A stretch of DNA of 59,500 bases from a virus (lineage: Duplodnaviria; Caudoviricetes): positions 1-59,500 of IMG/VR virus record IMGVR_UViG_3300010052_000132; one strand, 5' to 3'. This document shows, piece after piece, positions 1 to 8,979 of the stretch (positions are counted from its first letter, which is position 1; the number at the start of each line of letters is the position of its first letter). The translations under genes were made by a program, and so were the position numbers. The notes below the pieces were generated by a model. The model saw nothing but the letters and a program-made list of their open reading frames with translations. It was not told the DNA's origin and searched no databases.

Positions 1-1233
1 TCAGCCATTCTTTCCTCCTTCGACGACACGAAGTGCAATGTTCTGCGCGGTAACCGCGCGGTAAGCCCCCGGCGCCAGCTTCTCGATCTCATCGATCACA
101 GCTTCGGTTGCCGCGAGCGCGAGCCCAAGATTCGCAGGGTCGGGGATCGCGTAGATGTCGGAAATGCTGGCCTTCACATGGCCCAGCATCATCTCGCCCT
201 GGCGCCACCGCTCTTCGCCGATCCGCCGTCGGACAATGGTCGACATCGATCGGCGGATCAGCTTGGGCCCTGCCTCGCGCGCACCGGGCAGCCCGAGTTC
301 CTCGCGCATCCCTTCCCAGCTCGAGCGGATCGTCTCGACAGCCATGTAGCGGTCGCCCATCGCGTCGAGGAAGGGCACGAACTGGCGGGCGACAGGTATC
401 CGCCCACGATATTTGCGTGTCTGCCGGCGTCCCGGCGGGTTGAGGTCGAGAACGCCGGCGGTCGGTATCCACTGCGCCTTGCTGAGGTCGAATATCTCCT
501 CCGGCCGGGCCCAGGTGGCAACCGCGGCACGCAGATAGGCGAGCAGGTTCGCTCGGTAGCCGATATAGACCTCGCGCTCCTTCGCGCTGCGAATATGGCT
601 TCCCGTCGGATCCAGGCAGAATCGGAACATGCGCGCGATCGTCGCTACATCGGCGCGATAGGTCGGTGATGCCGCGACGCTCTTCGGCTGCTCATTGGTG
701 AATTGCGCCTTCTGGCCAGGCGTCGCGTTGATCGCGGCGGCCAACTGCAGCACACATCCCTCGATCGAGCCCAGCGAGCGCGGGCGCGACGTGGTTCCTT
801 GCACGACGGGCTTAGCGGCCAACCAGCTGCGGAAGCCATCGACCCAGCGTTGATCGATCTGAGCGCAGGTGACCGTCGGGTTGGTAGCGATCGCGTAGTC
901 GACAGCGTGGGCAAGGCGACCTTTCGTTGCCTTGTAGCCAGCCTTCTCCTCGCTCAGAAGCAGGTAATCGCCGATCGCGGCAACGAGCAGTGGGCTCGTA
1001 TCACCATCGAATGGTCGACCGCAGGTCTCGCAGAACTGCTGGCCGTGCGCCTTCAGATACAGACGATCGAGCTCTAGTTTGGCCGCCCCAAGATCGACTG
1101 TACCCGCTGTAGTGCTTCGCTCGCGTCCTGCTTGGGCGTCGTACCAGACGATTTCGTGGTTGCGACCAGGCCGGGGGTAGAGCTTGAAGTCACCGCGCTG
1201 GTAGAGCGGCTTCTGGCGTTTCGTGCGCGGCAT
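1..1233 (-). CDS. int: Tyrosine recombinase / phage integrase
   Basis: Catalytic-type motifs TWARPEE (R), KLIRR (in place of HxxR), MLGH and DIY near the C-terminus; 410 aa. Confidence 0.88.
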   Translation of the reverse strand: MPRTKRQKPLYQRGDFKLYPRPGRNHEIVWYDAQAGRERSTTAGTVDLGAAKLELDRLYLKAHGQQFCETCGRPFDGDTSPLLVAAIGDYLLLSEEKAGYKATKGRLAHAVDYAIATNPTVTCAQIDQRWVDGFRSWLAAKPVVQGTTSRPRSLGSIEGCVLQLAAAINATPGQKAQFTNEQPKSVAASPTYRADVATIARMFRFCLDPTGSHIRSAKEREVYIGYRANLLAYLRAAVATWARPEEIFDLSKAQWIPTAGVLDLNPPGRRQTRKYRGRIPVARQFVPFLDAMGDRYMAVETIRSSWEGMREELGLPGAREAGPKLIRRSMSTIVRRRIGEERWRQGEMMLGHVKASISDIYAIPDPANLGLALAATEAVIDEIEKLAPGAYRAVTAQNIALRVVEGGKNG

Positions 1234-1385
1234 TGGTCCCTCTGATATTCTGTGGCTCGTTCGGTGAGGACGGCGTAGGCGCCGCTTTCCACGAGCAGGT
1301 CGATGTCCTCGGCCGAGAGCTGGATGCCGCGCCGGCCGTCGATCTTGCGGCTGATCCGCCGAACAAGGTCGGGAAGCGAGGTCAT
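1074..1385 (-). CDS. Hypothetical protein at xis position, overlapping int 5' end
   Basis: ATG at 1385 coupled (ATGA) to upstream stop with RBS GAGGGGAGG; MTSLPDLVRRISRK... Confidence 0.5.
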   Translation of the reverse strand: MTSLPDLVRRISRKIDGRRGIQLSAEDIDLLVESGAYAVLTERATEYQRDQCRARNARSRSTSAVTSSSTPGLVATTKSSGTTPKQDASEALQRVQSILGRPN

Positions 1386-1588
1386 GATCCCCTCCCCTCG
1401 TAGATCACGACAGCCGGCTCGCCGCCGTTGGCAGCCATCGCCTGGTCGAAAGCCTCGCCCAGGCTGGGCGCGCTGTGGCGGATACCGGTTGCGCCCAACG
1501 AGAAGGTCGCGCCGTCGGCAACCGCGCGGATGTGGATCCGCCGGCGCGCGTCGGCATTCTTCCAATCGAGAAGCGGGTTCTTGCTCAT
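1382..1588 (-). CDS. Hypothetical phage protein
   Basis: ATGA coupling to both neighbours; MSKNPLLDW... Confidence 0.65.
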   Translation of the reverse strand: MSKNPLLDWKNADARRRIHIRAVADGATFSLGATGIRHSAPSLGEAFDQAMAANGGEPAVVIYEGRGS

Positions 1589-2061
1589 CGCATTGGCCTT
1601 TCGCAGTGGAAGCAGTTGTTGGGCCCGCTCTCCATGGACGTGTCCACCTGGTGCCGGCCCGATGGCGATAGGTCGCACTCCCGAGCCAGGGCGAGGCCCT
1701 GCAGGTTGTAGCGGATGGCTTCCGAGAGCAGGATCACGCACCAGGCATCTTCATCGTTGGCATGCACAGCCTCAGCGTCACAGCGCCGAGCGTAACGGGT
1801 CGCATCCAGCGGTTTTTCGGTCCACGCCGGAAAACCGTCGCGCCAACTCCGCCATTGGTTCCGCTCGGCGTTGCCCATGATCCAACCGTCGTCGTCCGCT
1901 GCGGCCAGAGCGGGTGCCGGTATGGCAGCAAGGTTTGCCCTCAGGCACTCCCATAAGTCGACGCGATATCCGACGTGCATCATTCGAGCGTCGCGCGCCT
2001 CCAAGAGGTTACGCGCTGCTTCTGCAAGGCCGACCACGTCAGCGGTTTCCTTGTCGCTCAC
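1585..2061 (-). CDS. Hypothetical phage protein (C-terminal Cys/His cluster)
   Basis: GTG start overlapping upstream stop; ends CDLSPSGRH...CFHC. Confidence 0.65.
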   Translation of the reverse strand: MSDKETADVVGLAEAARNLLEARDARMMHVGYRVDLWECLRANLAAIPAPALAAADDDGWIMGNAERNQWRSWRDGFPAWTEKPLDATRYARRCDAEAVHANDEDAWCVILLSEAIRYNLQGLALARECDLSPSGRHQVDTSMESGPNNCFHCERPMR

Positions 2062-2372
2062 TGGCCTTTCCCCTTGGCTGAAGGACGGCCGCGCCCGCCA
2101 GAAACCCGATGCGGGACGGGCGCGGCCGACCCGGTGGCGGCTCCACCGGATTCGACGATCTTTCCATCGGACCATGTCCGGCGGCTGGGATATTGAGGGA
2201 CCGCCACCCCGGTCAGCACGCACTCGGCGTGTGCCTCGAGCAGGGCGAGGGCTACCGCATCGACCGTCGCGATCTGGAAGCAGCGGCCATCGCGAACGAT
2301 CTGCGTCATGCCGGGATGCTGAACGCTGGGCAGAACCGTCCGGTCGACCGAGGCCTGGACCTTGTCGGTCAT
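2058..2372 (-). CDS. Hypothetical phage protein
   Basis: Coupled ORF with RBS GGAG. Confidence 0.55.
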   Translation of the reverse strand: MTDKVQASVDRTVLPSVQHPGMTQIVRDGRCFQIATVDAVALALLEAHAECVLTGVAVPQYPSRRTWSDGKIVESGGAATGSAAPVPHRVSGGRGRPSAKGKGQ

Positions 2373-2959
2373 GTTGCATCTCCGATGCGGTCAATGTTCT
2401 CGCGCACGACGCGAAAGGTCAGCGCAACGATCTCGGGATTGTCTCTCCAGGTCTCGCCGGGTTTCGTGTGGAGGCTGTCCCAAAGCCGCTCAAAGCCGAG
2501 CAAATACGAAAACGTGCCGGCAAGGTCGATCCGATGCGCGTGCGAAAGGCGTTCATCTGTCTGTCGGTCCGCCTTCTCAGCTCCTTCGGCCGCAGCATCC
2601 GTTACCAGGATCTCCTGCAGTCGCTGAAACCGCACCTCCTCGACGATCAGCGTCAGGCGCGAGGCCCAGCGCGGCATGTGCATGCCGGGACGTCGCTTTC
2701 CGAATGGTGCACCGATCCAACCACGATGATTATGCCAAGCGGAATCGCCGCGCGTGTAGATCATGCTGCAGCGCTTCAGATCGCGCGGCGCGATGCCGTC
2801 GAAGGCCGGGTGCGTCGACCACTCCTCCCGCACATAGAGCCGATCGCCCGGCTTTGCCTTCGCAAGCGGCGACGACGCCAGCCTGCGCGTCTGCGTCTTG
2901 CGCCCGTCGAGCAGCGCCCGGACCATAGGACCGGAGAAGATGATGGGCCGGTCGGTCAT
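2369..2959 (-). CDS. ASCH/PUA-like phage protein
   Basis: Signature PIIFSGPMVRALLDGRKTQTRR...GDRLYVRE...HMPRWASRLTL...NP. Confidence 0.8.
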   Translation of the reverse strand: MTDRPIIFSGPMVRALLDGRKTQTRRLASSPLAKAKPGDRLYVREEWSTHPAFDGIAPRDLKRCSMIYTRGDSAWHNHRGWIGAPFGKRRPGMHMPRWASRLTLIVEEVRFQRLQEILVTDAAAEGAEKADRQTDERLSHAHRIDLAGTFSYLLGFERLWDSLHTKPGETWRDNPEIVALTFRVVRENIDRIGDAT

Positions 2960-3282
2960 GCCACGAGCCTCAAACCATTTCGCCGCAACATGGCTTCCAC
3001 AGCTGAATGCAGCCGCGAAGTTGCGTCCCTGATCCGATCGAGATCGTGCTCAGGATCATGAGCGTCCGAAAATGGGAGATCGGGAACGAGCTTCCTCGGG
3101 CGCCCCGTAGCGCGCGCAGCGCCAGGACGCAGTTCCTTCCATTTTTCTCGGACTGCAAAGGCCGACCGTCCGTCAAACTGAGCGGCGATATCTGACCAGC
3201 GCATCTGAGGCTGAACAGCGCACAGCCTGCGAAGAAGGGCGACCTCTGCGCAAGACCAGCGTTTGCGGTGCGCGTTGCTCAT
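2956..3282 (-). CDS. Myb/SANT-like HTH protein
   Basis: RWSxxEVALL...WSDIAAQFDGRSAFAVREKW tryptophan spacing. Confidence 0.6.
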   Translation of the reverse strand: MSNAHRKRWSCAEVALLRRLCAVQPQMRWSDIAAQFDGRSAFAVREKWKELRPGAARATGRPRKLVPDLPFSDAHDPEHDLDRIRDATSRLHSAVEAMLRRNGLRLVA

Positions 3283-4031
3283 TTGTGGACGAACTCCCGG
3301 ATCATCAGATTCTCTGGAATCGGCCGGCGACCGGCCGCCTGCTTGAAGAAGAACTTGCGATCGGCCGCGGCCGTCTGGCTGGCGAGGTCGTACGCCCATT
3401 CAAGCGGCAAATCGCGCCAGCCCGGGCCGCTCTCGCCGCCGACGATGATCCAGTCGGGGATCGAAGTCCCTCGCAGGATGACCCGCTCGAGCAGAGGCTC
3501 CATCGACGCGAAGGTCTTGATCGGAGCCTTGGGGTCGCTGAGGTCGTAGGCAGTAGCCTCAAGCTTGGGGATGTCTCGATCCCATTCTTGCTGATTGACG
3601 ACCGTCGCGCCGAGCATGACGTTGCCGGGCAGCCAGTGGCGATTGAGTTGCTCCTGGACGATCTTCCGCGCATTGCCGATCCGCTTGGACAGCAGCAGCC
3701 AGATCAGGTTCGGCGTGTGCTCGATCGTCGTAAAGACCTCGCGCCGCGTATAAGCGTCGACCTCGTTGTCCCAGATATCACCCAAGCTCAGGCAGAACAC
3801 GGTTGCCGGCGTACCGGCCTTTGCCGCCTTGCGGTCCCAACGGAATGGAAGATCCCAGTTGGCCGGAGCCGTGCGGACACGCTCCTGACCGGGGCCCCAG
3901 ACAGCCCGCTTGTGCCGGTCCTGCATCAGCACCCGCGCATAGCAATGGTCGCATGCGGGCGAGACTTCGGTGCACCCGATCCACGGATTCCAGGTGTGGT
4001 CGGCCCATTCGATTTTCGTGTTCTCAGCCAC
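3279..4031 (-). CDS. DUF5131 (phage Gp37/Gp68) family three-Cys radical-SAM-like protein
   Basis: TKIEWADHTWNPWIGCTEVSPACDHCYA...EPLL...WIIVGGESGP...FFFKQ. Confidence 0.9.
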   Translation of the reverse strand: MAENTKIEWADHTWNPWIGCTEVSPACDHCYARVLMQDRHKRAVWGPGQERVRTAPANWDLPFRWDRKAAKAGTPATVFCLSLGDIWDNEVDAYTRREVFTTIEHTPNLIWLLLSKRIGNARKIVQEQLNRHWLPGNVMLGATVVNQQEWDRDIPKLEATAYDLSDPKAPIKTFASMEPLLERVILRGTSIPDWIIVGGESGPGWRDLPLEWAYDLASQTAAADRKFFFKQAAGRRPIPENLMIREFVHK

Positions 4032-4170
4032 GGGGGAACTCCATTGTCCGATAGCGTGCAGCCGCGACGATCAAGCGGGCAGACCAAATGCGGAGCCGGA
4101 TGGTGTAGCCGTCGATCCTGCGGCGAGGATCCGGCGCAACCACCCATGCGGGGGGAGCGGCACTATGCAT
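4024..4170 (-). CDS. Small hypothetical protein (48 aa)
   Basis: Fills the gap and overlaps both neighbours; MHSAAPPAW... Confidence 0.35.
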   Translation of the reverse strand: MHSAAPPAWVVAPDPRRRIDGYTIRLRIWSARLIVAAARYRTMEFPRG

Positions 4171-4366
4171 GCTTCCCACCGAAGATCTGCGCGAGGACGT
4201 AAGCCTGCTCGTCGGAGAGCTCGATCCGGGCGGTGTCGTCGCGCTGGTTGGCCTCGAGCCGGATCATGATCCACTGGCGGTTCTCACGGAACAGCTTCAC
4301 CGGCTGGCCGTGCATGTTCTTGCCCAGGTCGTATTCGATGCGGCTGGGCGTGACAGACGCTGCCAT
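4163..4366 (-). CDS. Hypothetical protein
   Basis: TGATG coupling, RBS GGAGG. Confidence 0.65.
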   Translation of the reverse strand: MAASVTPSRIEYDLGKNMHGQPVKLFRENRQWIMIRLEANQRDDTARIELSDEQAYVLAQIFGGKHA

Positions 4367-4569
4367 CAGCAGTCCCTCCAGTTCACGGGTTGAACGATTT
4401 CACCGATCTCGCCTCCGCCCATCGAGCGGACCCAATGGTCGCGCCACCGGCACATGAAGACCTCGGTGCCGTCGACCAGGATGCCGACGACCTCTCGATC
4501 GAGCGGCGCCGTCGCCATCGGCTGGGGCGGATAGCGGAGGTCGAAGTCATCATCGTCGATGTCAGCCAC
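4366..4569 (-). CDS. Small phage protein (QPMxTAPxD motif, DUF551-like)
   Basis: QPMATAPLD...QPVNW pattern common in phage accessory proteins. Confidence 0.6.
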   Translation of the reverse strand: MADIDDDDFDLRYPPQPMATAPLDREVVGILVDGTEVFMCRWRDHWVRSMGGGEIGEIVQPVNWRDC

Positions 4570-5011
4570 GGGCGGGGCCCTCCAGCATCTGCAGGTTGGG
4601 CTTCCCGGTCTGGTACTCGAGGGCGATCGGCTGCTTGACGCGCTCGTAGAGCGTGGTGCCGTCCGCCATGACGACGTTGGCGAGGAAGGCCTCTTCGAAG
4701 GTCTCGACGTCGCTCTCGACGCTCTCGAGCTTCGCCTTGATCACGAGAAGGAGCGCACGGCCGCGCTGACGCCGCCATTGCTCCGCAACGCGGGCAGGAT
4801 CCTGCCGGGGGCCGCACAGCTTCTGGATTGCCGCAGCATCGGGGAAGAGCACCCGAAAGCGCACCAGGCGGTCCGCCATGGTGAACATGAGATCGAACCC
4901 CTGCCGCGTGTCGATCTGGGCGATCTGATCGGCTCCAGCCTTCTTGAGCAGGCCGATGATCTCCGAGACGCTCCGCGCGAACGGGACTTCGGTGTTGGCG
5001 CCATATGCCAT
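4562..5011 (-). CDS. Conserved phage hypothetical protein
   Basis: MAYGANTEVP...RALLLVIKAKLESVE...FEEAFLA family motif; TGATG coupling. Confidence 0.75.
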   Translation of the reverse strand: MAYGANTEVPFARSVSEIIGLLKKAGADQIAQIDTRQGFDLMFTMADRLVRFRVLFPDAAAIQKLCGPRQDPARVAEQWRRQRGRALLLVIKAKLESVESDVETFEEAFLANVVMADGTTLYERVKQPIALEYQTGKPNLQMLEGPARG

Positions 5012-6231
5012 CACTGGCCTCCGCTTCTGGACGGCGACAGGTCGGCGATCCGCTCGAAGAAGGCGTCGTTCACTTCTTCCGACAGCGGCGCCGGGCAGGC
5101 GTCGATGAAGCGGGCCTGCTCCCGGCGGAAGCTGTTCACATCCGCGACGATCTCCTTGCCGAGGAGCGTCGTCTTGACGCGGTCGGCCCACTGCTCCCAT
5201 TCCGCCGGCGTCTGCGGCATCGGCTGCTCTTCGGACAGCCCTTCCTGCCGCGGCGGCTCAGCCTGTCGCTCCTGACGGGCGGCTGGGGCGCCGTTGGGGG
5301 ACTGGCCCAGGTTGCGGATCGCCTCCTCTTCGTCGTCCATCTCGCGCTCGCTGAGACCGCCGCCGAAGTCGTTGATCGACATGTCCGGCTGATAGGCCAA
5401 CTGCTCGTAGTCCGAGCGCTGTGGGCGCGCAGGAATGGATATCGGTTCCTGTGCCGGGGCGAACTGCGGGAACATATCGACGGCTTCGGAATCGCGGATG
5501 TCGTTCGCACCGGGCAACGCCTTGCGGTGACGCCGCAGCACTGTCTTGCGCCACATCTCCTTGTCGTACGCCGATTTCCAGACATCGCCGCTCTGGCTGC
5601 TGTCCCGGACGCTGAGGATCTGGGCCTCGGTCATATATTCGACGCTGACGCGGCCGTTGGCCAGCCAGGCCACCGAATAGGCACCGACCGGCTTGCCGCG
5701 ATCGTCATCGATGACGATCGGCTCGTGATGGATCGATGGGGTAGAACCCCGAACCAGCTTGAAACAGCCGGTGCTGACCTCGTTGGCGTAAACGATCTCG
5801 GTCTGCAGATCGTCGACCTTGCCGCCCTTGAGGATCTGGCGACGCATGCCGGCGACCATCGCCTGGTAGCGGGCCTCGAGCACGTTCCGCTTCCTGTTGT
5901 GCGACGGGATGATTGCGGCAAGCCGGCCATCCGGTGGCGTGTCATCCCACGCCGCTTTCATGACCGCCGTCACCAGCGACTGCTGCTCGCACTCTAGGAG
6001 CCTCGGGTTGGTGCGAACGGCGATCATCAGGCACGCACGGAACTCGGCAAATGGAACGCCTCGAAGCACGGCCGTGATCTCAGCCTTGAGCCTCTCCACC
6101 TTCTGGAAGAGCTCAGCGAACGCAGCCTTCTGCCGAGCGGCATCGCTGATCTGCTGGTTTTCGGTACGCTGCGCGGGTGCGCGCCGTTGATAGTCGCCTC
6201 GGTTCTGCTGCTGGCGCGGTTGCTGGGCCAC
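5011..6231 (-). CDS. recT: RecT-family single-strand annealing protein
   Basis: NPRLLEC..SL...GAYSVAWL...MWRKTVLRRHRKALP motifs; acidic C-terminal tail. Confidence 0.85.
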   Translation of the reverse strand: MAQQPRQQQNRGDYQRRAPAQRTENQQISDAARQKAAFAELFQKVERLKAEITAVLRGVPFAEFRACLMIAVRTNPRLLECEQQSLVTAVMKAAWDDTPPDGRLAAIIPSHNRKRNVLEARYQAMVAGMRRQILKGGKVDDLQTEIVYANEVSTGCFKLVRGSTPSIHHEPIVIDDDRGKPVGAYSVAWLANGRVSVEYMTEAQILSVRDSSQSGDVWKSAYDKEMWRKTVLRRHRKALPGANDIRDSEAVDMFPQFAPAQEPISIPARPQRSDYEQLAYQPDMSINDFGGGLSEREMDDEEEAIRNLGQSPNGAPAARQERQAEPPRQEGLSEEQPMPQTPAEWEQWADRVKTTLLGKEIVADVNSFRREQARFIDACPAPLSEEVNDAFFERIADLSPSRSGGQ

Positions 6232-6241
6232 GGTCTGTCTC

Positions 6242-6958
6242 CTAGTTGACGCTGCCGCGCGTTCCGCGGCGGATGACGGCCCCAGGGACCTCGAGCCTGC
6301 TGTTGGCGCGGGCGAGTTGGACGATCGCCTTGGCAATCGCGTCGCGCACAGCATCCGTGTTCAGAATGTCGGAGGGGATCCGCGCGACGTCGGTCACCTC
6401 CACCTCCACATGCTGGCGACGCGTGAAGCGCTTGCCGTAATCACCGCGGATCGGCGCCGCCTTCGGCGCCGGGACCGGCGACGTCACGGCGTCCGCTGCC
6501 GGGGCGGAATAATTGATCTCCGGGCGAGGTCCCGCCGGCGCAGCTGTGCCGCGCAACGCGGCCTCGGCCTCTTCCTGCTCGCGCCGCTGAGCCGCCGCCC
6601 GGTCCGCCTCGAGCTTGTCGAACTGCTCGAGCAGATCCTCGGCCTCGGCAATCTTCTCTTCGATCGACAGGCAGAAATTGCGCTCGGTCGCGATCGCCGC
6701 CGTGACCGCCTCGTCATAGGGACGGGTGATCGCTAGACGCTGCTGCTCGATCTCGCGGCGAATGTCTTTGGCCATGCCGACCAGGTCGGTCGCCTTGCTG
6801 GCCTCGGTCCGGTTGCGGACCTTCACCAGCGCGAACGCCTTGAGCATCGCCTCCACGCGCGCCTCGTACTGGCGCAGCATGTCGCGCACTGAAGCGACGG
6901 CATCTTCCGACGGCCGAGGGCGATTGTCGCCCATCAAGGGGGACAGGTCTTCGATCAT
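6242..6958 (-). CDS. Coiled-coil phage recombination-module protein (Gp157/Gam-like)
   Basis: Coiled coil, RLAITRP motif, C-terminal EVPGAVI; adjacent to recT. Confidence 0.5.
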   Translation of the reverse strand: MIEDLSPLMGDNRPRPSEDAVASVRDMLRQYEARVEAMLKAFALVKVRNRTEASKATDLVGMAKDIRREIEQQRLAITRPYDEAVTAAIATERNFCLSIEEKIAEAEDLLEQFDKLEADRAAAQRREQEEAEAALRGTAAPAGPRPEINYSAPAADAVTSPVPAPKAAPIRGDYGKRFTRRQHVEVEVTDVARIPSDILNTDAVRDAIAKAIVQLARANSRLEVPGAVIRRGTRGSVN

Positions 6959-7248
6959 GCGTCGACCCACTCACGAAAGCCTGCCGGCGTGATCACCAGC
7001 ACGCGCGGCTTGCGGCGGGCGCGCTGGACGATCGGGCAGATGAAGCTGCGCTTGGCAGGCGGCTCGTTGAAGGCAACGAACACGTTGAAATTGACGGTGT
7101 GGGCCTCGGCGAGCTCGGGCTTCATGTAGAGCCGGGCCATCGCGGCCTTCTGCTCGCGGGTCCAAGGCTCGCCTTCAATCGGCGTGCCGTCCCAGATGTC
7201 GATGTTGGAAGGCGTCACCCGACGCATGCCCGAGATGTCGTTGACCAT
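6955..7248 (-). CDS. Hypothetical protein
   Basis: Coupled ORF in the early operon. Confidence 0.6.
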   Translation of the reverse strand: MVNDISGMRRVTPSNIDIWDGTPIEGEPWTREQKAAMARLYMKPELAEAHTVNFNVFVAFNEPPAKRSFICPIVQRARRKPRVLVITPAGFREWVDA

Positions 7249-7249
7249 G

Positions 7250-7660
7250 TCAGCAGTCCAGGAAAGGCAGCGGCGCCGTCATCGGATCGACGCGACCGGC
7301 ATGTGCGAAGGGATCATCCGGATCGTGCTGCTGGGCGAAGCGAGCGCGGTCGACCCGGTACTGGTAGTCGGCCATGTCCGTCGGATTGCGCCGGCACTCA
7401 GGCCAGATGCCGACCAGACTGTCCACGATGCGGCCGTCGACATGCGCCGGCTGGTCGGGATCGCCCGCGAGAACGCCGTTCACCTCAACCATCCAGCGCG
7501 GACTGCGCTCGAGCAGCTCGTTCGTCTCAGGATCCAGAGGCCATCCGAACCAGATCCGGATCGGCACATCGACCTTCCCTTCGCGGCGCAGGAGGTAATA
7601 GCCCTCCTGCACCGCATCGACGCCCGGCTGCTGCCGCGAGTAGGGAAACTCGAACAGCAT
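7250..7660 (-). CDS. Hypothetical protein
   Basis: Coupled ORF in the early operon. Confidence 0.7.
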   Translation of the reverse strand: MLFEFPYSRQQPGVDAVQEGYYLLRREGKVDVPIRIWFGWPLDPETNELLERSPRWMVEVNGVLAGDPDQPAHVDGRIVDSLVGIWPECRRNPTDMADYQYRVDRARFAQQHDPDDPFAHAGRVDPMTAPLPFLDC

Positions 7661-7893
7661 CAGTCCTGATCGTCCTCGCCGATCGGCTTGCGCTCGACCG
7701 GCTGATCTTCGTTCGGCGAGGTGACGCCTCCCTGTGCCTGGTAGAAGGCCATCACCTCGCCAGCCTTCGCGACGCGCACGCCTTTGACGTGCGGCGCGAC
7801 GACAAGAGCTATCGCCTGTTCCCGGCTGACGGCATCGATGAGCACGTCCTGGCCTTGGAAGTTGACGAAATACGGGCGCGTTGCAGAAGCCAT
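7660..7893 (-). CDS. Hypothetical protein
   Basis: RBS GAAAGGA before ATG; MASATRPYFVNF... Confidence 0.65.
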   Translation of the reverse strand: MASATRPYFVNFQGQDVLIDAVSREQAIALVVAPHVKGVRVAKAGEVMAFYQAQGGVTSPNEDQPVERKPIGEDDQD

Positions 7894-7903
7894 GGGGGTC
7901 CTT

Positions 7904-8227
7904 TCAGCCAATGATGTGGAGGGGGTTCTCGCGGAGGGCGCGGGCTTCCATCCCCAGCCGCAGGGCGCGCTCGAAGCCGGCGCCGACGGCATGGGGCTGC
8001 CGCGAAACGATCTGAGCACCGATCGCCCTGCCCTCCTCCGCGCTGGGCGCGACGGAGACCGCCACCGCCACCGCATGGAAGGTCAGCGTGCAGGCGATGC
8101 GCTCGTAGATGTCGACGACTTCGCCCGCCGTTAGATCGCCGAGATGGCTGAGAACGTGGGTCACCAGCGCGTTGTCGATCGCGGTCGCCACGTCGAGGAA
8201 GCACTGATCGGCGAACTTCCAGATCAT
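7904..8227 (-). CDS. Hypothetical protein
   Basis: ATGA coupling; MIWKFADQ... Confidence 0.6.
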   Translation of the reverse strand: MIWKFADQCFLDVATAIDNALVTHVLSHLGDLTAGEVVDIYERIACTLTFHAVAVAVSVAPSAEEGRAIGAQIVSRQPHAVGAGFERALRLGMEARALRENPLHIIG

Positions 8228-8457
8228 GCCCAAGCTCCTGCGATCATGAGCATCACGAAGCATGCCGCGACGAGCAGGAGCATCACCGGCATCAGCCGAT
8301 CAGCGACGGGGTTGTCGAAGCCGCGGCGGTAGGCGCCATAGCCGGCGCTGATCGTGCGACCTGCGCGGCGGACGGCTCTGCGGATGATGCTGCCGTCCGC
8401 ACGTTCGGCGGCGGCACAAGATGTCAGCTGACTGGTGCTGGCGTCTGCCATGCTCAT
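8224..8457 (-). CDS. Small membrane protein, first gene of the PL operon
   Basis: C-terminal hydrophobic helix LMPVMLLLVAACFVMLMIAGAWA. Confidence 0.55.
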   Translation of the reverse strand: MSMADASTSQLTSCAAAERADGSIIRRAVRRAGRTISAGYGAYRRGFDNPVADRLMPVMLLLVAACFVMLMIAGAWA

Positions 8458-8467
8458 CTCCGGGTAT

Positions 8468-8533
8468 GGCCCGACGCTCGAGGGGGCGGTGAGCGTCGGG
8501 CCGGTTCGCACCGCCAGGGGGATTAGGCGGCGC
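8468..8533 (-). promoter_or_regulatory. Twin hairpins in the PL leader (put/nut-like candidate)
   Basis: 8-bp stem (8508-8533) then 12-bp perfect stem (8468-8502); both loops contain CCCCCU. Confidence 0.45.
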
Positions 8534-8540
8534 TGGAGAT

Positions 8541-8569
8541 TAATTAGGCATCATTGCCTATTCAGTCAA
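8541..8569 (-). promoter_or_regulatory. PL-like sigma70 promoter overlapped by an operator
   Basis: TTGACT-17 bp-TAATTA on the minus strand. Confidence 0.6.
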
Positions 8570-8593
8570 GCTCATTCTAGGCATTCTTGCACA
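8545..8593. promoter_or_regulatory. OL-like repressor operators, TAGGCA-N4-TGCCTA
   Basis: Perfect palindrome TAGGCATCATTGCCTA at 8545-8560; variant TAGGCATTCTTGCACA at 8578-8593. Confidence 0.75.
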
Positions 8594-8647
8594 ATTGCCA
8601 AAACGGCGTTTTGACACGTACATTCCGCATAACAGGGGGAGATAAGT

Positions 8648-8944
8648 GTGTCAGAGGAAGGCGCAGCGATCGTCGAGCAGTGGGAACGCCCCACTGGACA
8701 GACCCCAATGATCCTGGGCTACACGCTGCTGTCCATAGGGGTCATTGCCGCTCTCATTTGGGGGCTTACCGACACCACGAGCTATTCTGGTTATGTCGAT
8801 TCCGACAAACTGCGAACAGTCTACTTCGCTGGCCTCATAGCGAGCGCCTGCGGCGCAATTGCGCTGCCATTGATCCTCGCAGGCTATATCGTGAGGGCGC
8901 TTTATTTTCTCCCCGGGGAAGAGAAGAAGCGGGCACGCAGCTAA
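8648..8944 (+). CDS. Two-TM membrane protein (immunity-region moron)
   Basis: Two hydrophobic helices; RBS GGGGAG; TTGACA at 8611. Confidence 0.65.
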   Translation: MSEEGAAIVEQWERPTGQTPMILGYTLLSIGVIAALIWGLTDTTSYSGYVDSDKLRTVYFAGLIASACGAIALPLILAGYIVRALYFLPGEEKKRARS

Positions 8945-8979
8945 GTCATGTTCCAGGACGTGATGCTAGGAGGGTGGCG

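Noticed and set aside
1-60. att site next to the integrase
   Set aside because: The window starts at the int stop codon; no flanking sequence or matching repeat is visible
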